Assembly: GCA_035486415.1 (NCBI GenBank) | Contig: DATHNC010000057.1 | Location: 119 to 64,118, forward strand | Reading direction: 5' to 3' | DNA from: Candidatus Saccharimonadales bacterium | GTDB taxonomy: Bacteria; Acidobacteriota; Terriglobia; Acidiferrales; UBA7541 | Length of the DNA: 64,000 nt | Shown here: positions 60,483 to 64,000 of the stretch, in pieces | Layout: the number at the start of each line of letters is the position of its first letter | Numbering within the stretch: position 1 is the stretch's first letter | Translations under genes and position numbers: made by a program | Notes under the pieces: generated by a model | The model's input: only the letters and a program-made list of their open reading frames with translations | Database searches by the model: none | What the model was told of the DNA's origin: nothing

Positions 60483-60679
60483 TTGAGTTTCCTCCCTCGC
60501 TGCTGACAGCGAATATGCAATTCCGGCCAACCCGAAGCGGAGAATATCACTTTATTAGGTGTGGAAGAAGCTTTCGTAATTGCAACAACCGCACCCGTGA
60601 CGGATAACCGCAGTTCGCAGATAGTGTAGAATATCCGTTTACGTTCCAGGCCCTATAGCCTGCCACCCGCAAAGGACTC

Positions 60680-61765
60680 ATGGCTCAGACCATTCAGACG
60701 ATCGGAATTGCTAACGGAGGAGGAGACTGTCCGGGGCTGAACGCCGTCATTCGCGGCGTCGTGCGCTCAGCAATTCTAGGGCACGGGTGGAAAGTCATCG
60801 GCATTCAAGACGGATTCGACGGATTGATTTGGCCCGAGAGGTGCATCCCTTTAACAGTAGAGTCAATCGCAGGAATTTTGCCGCGGGGAGGAACGATTTT
60901 AGGCACCACGAATCGTGGAAATCCCTTTCACTATCTGGTTGAGGAAGGCGGGAAGCAAGTTACTCGCGATTTCTCCTTGAGGTGCTGCGAAAACGCGCGT
61001 GAACTGGGAATGGACGCGATCATAGCCATTGGCGGTGATGGCACTCTGATCATCGCTCGCGACCTGGGCCGCCTCGGAATTCCCATCGTAGGCGTTCCAA
61101 AAACCATCGATAATGATTTGTCTTCTACGGAAGTCTCATTCGGTTTTGACACTGCCCTGCACGTAGCGACCGAGGCGATTGATCGCCTGCACACCACGGC
61201 GGAATCGCACGGGCGCGTAATGGTCATCGAAGTCATGGGCCGCGATGCAGGATGGATTGCGCTGCATTCCGGAATCGCCGGCGGCGCGGACGTCATCCTG
61301 CTCCCCGAAATTCCTTTTACCATCGAAAAAGTTTGCGAGAAATTACGTGAACGCGCGGCGAAAGGGAAAAAATTCTCGCTGGTTGTTGTCGCAGAAGGCG
61401 TAAAGTTGCCTCCGACTGATACGCACGGAAATCCATTTCCCGTGCCGCGACCTGGGCAAGTGGGGTTTGTGATTGGCGATACAATCCATACAATATTGAA
61501 AAAGGATGTTCGCGTCACAGTCCTCGGACACATTCAGCGCGGTGGATCGCCCAGTCCCTTCGACCGTATTTTGGCCACGCGGTTCGGCGTCGAAGCCGTG
61601 GAGCTTGTTGCGCGCGGTGAATTCAATCGCATGGTTTGCCTGCAGGCTGGCGAAATTGAATCGGTCACTCTCGACGAAGCTGTCGGCGAAAATCGCCTGG
61701 TGGATCCTAAAGGAAGCATGGTCCGAACGGCGCGCGCTGTTGGCATCACTTTTGGAGATGATTGA
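60680..61765 (+). CDS. pfkA: ATP-dependent 6-phosphofructokinase
   Basis: GGGDCPGLNAVIRG, IGGDGT, PKTIDND, MGR..G..A and GH.QRGG motifs. Confidence 0.93.
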   Translation: MAQTIQTIGIANGGGDCPGLNAVIRGVVRSAILGHGWKVIGIQDGFDGLIWPERCIPLTVESIAGILPRGGTILGTTNRGNPFHYLVEEGGKQVTRDFSLRCCENARELGMDAIIAIGGDGTLIIARDLGRLGIPIVGVPKTIDNDLSSTEVSFGFDTALHVATEAIDRLHTTAESHGRVMVIEVMGRDAGWIALHSGIAGGADVILLPEIPFTIEKVCEKLRERAAKGKKFSLVVVAEGVKLPPTDTHGNPFPVPRPGQVGFVIGDTIHTILKKDVRVTVLGHIQRGGSPSPFDRILATRFGVEAVELVARGEFNRMVCLQAGEIESVTLDEAVGENRLVDPKGSMVRTARAVGITFGDD

Positions 61766-62895
61766 AAATGATTTGGCGTATCGTGCGCAGCCGTGGATTT
61801 ATTCCGATTGTTCTGATTCTAGCCGGGCTGCTGTACTGGAAATTGCATACGGGGCAAGCTAAAGCCATTTCGGTTGGTTACGTTGGCGATCGCGGAGTCC
61901 TCCTGTGGAACACGCTGGCTGAAGTGCGTGAATCTGTCGGCGAACTGCACTACGGCGACCGCGTGGAAGTTTTGAAAGTGGAAGGCCCGGCGGTTCAAGT
62001 TCGCACAGCTTCGGGTACGGTCGGATGGATGCGTGATTCGCACCAACTCATGGACTCCGATTTGTGGGGAAATATTGCCACTTTGTTGGAACGCGCTCGC
62101 ACGCTTCCCGTCCAGGCACGCGGGCGGACAAAAACCGTAAGCAACGTGCGCGCCGTTCCCGGGCGAGACGGTCAAAGAATTTTTCAATTTGGGCGCGATA
62201 CTAAAGTTCTAATTTTAGAGAGAGCAGTGGCGGACGCTCCATCAGGGCCTGAAGAAAATTCGCAGACAGAAAAGCCCGCCGCGCAGGATCAACAAAAGAC
62301 CAAGCCGGAGGATTGGCTGCTCGTCATGCGTGCGCCTAATTCCGCGGCTGTCGCTAATACCAAGGCTCCTGCAAGCAGCGCTCCAGCCGAACCGCAGCGC
62401 GCCACAACGGATTCCGTAAGCAGCGGACCAAGCCTCACGGAAACGGGGCCCGCGACAGTGGCGGAACCCTCTGGGCCGGTCGCGGGATGGGTGCTCGCGC
62501 GATTCATCGATCTCGATTTGCCTGACGCGGTAAAAGATTACGCCAGCTCCGCCGATTTGCACGTGGTGGCCTGGTTCGAGCTCAATCGCGTTGCAAACGG
62601 TTCTGGCGGCGAAGCGCCGCAATATCTCGTCGCCGGATCGCGCGGAGTTGAGGGCAGTCCTTGCGACTTCACTATGCTGCGCGTATACACCTGGAGCGTC
62701 GCGCGCAAACGATACGAAACCGCGTACGTGGAAAGCGATCTCTGCGGACGCCTTCCCATTCAAATTTCCGCCGGAGCAAAAGGCCCGGAGTTTCAATTTC
62801 CCGATGTTGACCAGGGTGGCGCAAAGCGAAAGTACGCGATGATTCAGACAAGCGTCCGCCTCGTAAAAGATCGCCCCGTACAAGCAGCTCACTAA
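61762..62895 (+). CDS. Membrane-anchored protein with bacterial SH3-like domain and low-complexity linker
   Basis: N-terminal helix GFIPIVLILAGLLYW. LHYGDRVEVLKVEGPAVQVRTASGTVGWM resembles SH3b. Ala/Pro/Ser/Thr-rich linker. Start is TTG 61762 or ATG 61768. Confidence 0.6.
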   Translation: MKMIWRIVRSRGFIPIVLILAGLLYWKLHTGQAKAISVGYVGDRGVLLWNTLAEVRESVGELHYGDRVEVLKVEGPAVQVRTASGTVGWMRDSHQLMDSDLWGNIATLLERARTLPVQARGRTKTVSNVRAVPGRDGQRIFQFGRDTKVLILERAVADAPSGPEENSQTEKPAAQDQQKTKPEDWLLVMRAPNSAAVANTKAPASSAPAEPQRATTDSVSSGPSLTETGPATVAEPSGPVAGWVLARFIDLDLPDAVKDYASSADLHVVAWFELNRVANGSGGEAPQYLVAGSRGVEGSPCDFTMLRVYTWSVARKRYETAYVESDLCGRLPIQISAGAKGPEFQFPDVDQGGAKRKYAMIQTSVRLVKDRPVQAAH

Positions 62896-62916
62896 TCCAT
62901 TTATTCGCAGAATTAT

Positions 62917-62988
62917 GTGGCGCGGGCTTTAGCCTTCGGGGTTTAGGCCTTGCATCGATCAACCCCCGCAGGCTGAAGCCCGCTCCAC
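62917..62988. repeat. Palindromic intergenic element, copy G (72 nt, diverged left arm)
   Basis: GTGGCGCGGGCTTTAGCCTTCGGGGTTTAGGCC ... CCCCGCAGGCTGAAGCCCGCTCCAC. Confidence 0.8.
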
Positions 62989-63104
62989 ATAAACCCACTT
63001 CATTCTTGTGAACACACCCGGCGCGTGTCGCACTTCCCTTCCCAACGCGCGTGGTAATATCCTTGTCGAAAAGTTTTTTCGATCACTGGATAAATATTTT
63101 TAAA

Positions 63105-64000
63105 ATGGCAAAAATGAATTATGAATTTACGCGATTGAAATTTCCTTACGCCGCACTCCTCGCCATATTTTTTCTGACGTCCTGCGGGAATCACGCAACC
63201 CCCACGGTCAAAGCACAGGCACCTCCGCCGCCACCCTTTGAGTTCCTGGGATCGTGGGGAGATAAAGGCGAAGGCCCTGGCAAATTGAATTCAGCCGTAG
63301 CTTTCTCGGCCGATACTTTGGACAGAATATTTTTCGTTGATCCGGCCGTTAATTTTGTTCACAAATTTGAATCCAAGGGTACGCCGCTGCTCTCATTTGA
63401 AGATCCGCGCGTGCGCCACGCCGCGGGCATTTCGGTCGACGCGGGCGGCGCCATCTACGTGATTGACCCTCAGCTAGGAAACATCATTGTTTTTTTCCCG
63501 GATGGAACTTTTTTTCAAGCCTGGCACATCGCGCCGCAACGGCATTTCTCCGGGCCAGTCGGCGTAGGCATCGATGAAGAGGGCACCATCTACTCGCCAG
63601 ACTTCGCGAATTCGCGAATCGAGAAATTTAACAATCATGGGCGGCTGGTAAAATCCTGGCCCGCTCCGCAGAAACCGGCTTCGCCGGACGAGCGGCCTTC
63701 GTGGGTTGCCGCGGAACCCGATAACGCCGTGTTCGTTGCGTATTTCGATACCGGGCGCATCGAGAAATTTTCGCCGGATGGGACGTCAATCGCTTCGTGG
63801 GTCGCAGGGGATACGTCCTCAGGAAATTCCGGGGCACTCTCAGCAATGACAGTGAACACCGATTTCGTATTTACGATGGGCGCTTCGTCCTCGACGATCC
63901 GCGTGTGGACTACGGATGGGCAGCATAAGCTCGATGTGGATTTGACTGCGAATCTTGGAAAAATAGCTGCGCCACAATTGGCCGTCACGCCCCATGGCGA
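63105..64000 (+). CDS. NHL-repeat beta-propeller lipoprotein, 3' end outside the window; absent from the ORF track
   Basis: My own translation of the frame starting at ATG 63105: MAKMNYEFTRLKFPYAALLAIFFLTSC (lipobox), then repeated ...G.L..P.G(I/V)(A/S)VD..G.IYV.D..N.RI..F... units. The frame has no stop up to position 64000. Confidence 0.75.
   Translation, partial: MAKMNYEFTRLKFPYAALLAIFFLTSCGNHATPTVKAQAPPPPPFEFLGSWGDKGEGPGKLNSAVAFSADTLDRIFFVDPAVNFVHKFESKGTPLLSFEDPRVRHAAGISVDAGGAIYVIDPQLGNIIVFFPDGTFFQAWHIAPQRHFSGPVGVGIDEEGTIYSPDFANSRIEKFNNHGRLVKSWPAPQKPASPDERPSWVAAEPDNAVFVAYFDTGRIEKFSPDGTSIASWVAGDTSSGNSGALSAMTVNTDFVFTMGASSSTIRVWTTDGQHKLDVDLTANLGKIAAPQLAVTPHG

Noticed and set aside
31927-62988. 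Possibility that the recurring palindromes form a CRISPR array
   Set aside because: The copies are kilobases apart, separated by ordinary genes and in mixed contexts. Each is internally palindromic over more than 70 nt. There is no regular repeat-spacer periodicity, and no cas genes are present.

Overview
This 64 kb window looks like chromosomal DNA from a moderately GC-rich Gram-negative soil bacterium. The gene content points to Acidobacteriota (carboxypeptidase-regulatory-type TonB receptor, Ser/Thr kinase fused to TPR repeats, many palindromic intergenic repeats), but that is inference, not a search result. I can support about 55 protein genes, one tRNA-Gln(UUG) and one SRP (4.5S) RNA. 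Housekeeping genes include ffs-dnaX-ybaB-recR, proBA, lpxB, pfkA, glsA, add and mug. There is also an arsenic locus (arsR / arsI-arsC-aquaglyceroporin), a heterodimeric ABC exporter pair, an ECF sigma / anti-sigma pair and a sigma-54 activator. I found no CRISPR array, integrase, transposase, rRNA or recognisable phage or defence genes. Six things look worth a second look. (1) A partner-switching toolkit is split across 13 kb: two paralogous STAS proteins, an FHA-GAF-PP2C phosphatase and an RsbW-like kinase, with no sigma factor. It brackets a TonB receptor, a receptor-type Ser/Thr kinase and a secreted protein. (2) Two sigma-54-type -24/-12 promoters are placed so that transcription would start 1-2 nt before the ATG of an activator gene and of a neighbouring two-gene unit of unknown function. 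(3) A modular family of about 72-78 nt palindromic intergenic elements includes a half copy, a hybrid copy, a nested composite and a variant with a swapped internal palindrome. A separate 200 nt multi-hairpin element sits next to the tRNA. (4) An M1 peptidase homologue has all three catalytic motifs degenerate. (5) A translationally coupled Spx/ArsC-like, macro-domain, 92-aa and MidA/NDUFAF7-like methyltransferase operon. (6) A PilZ-like domain fused to about 800 aa of coiled coil. All function calls come from reading motifs by eye; nothing was searched or computed.
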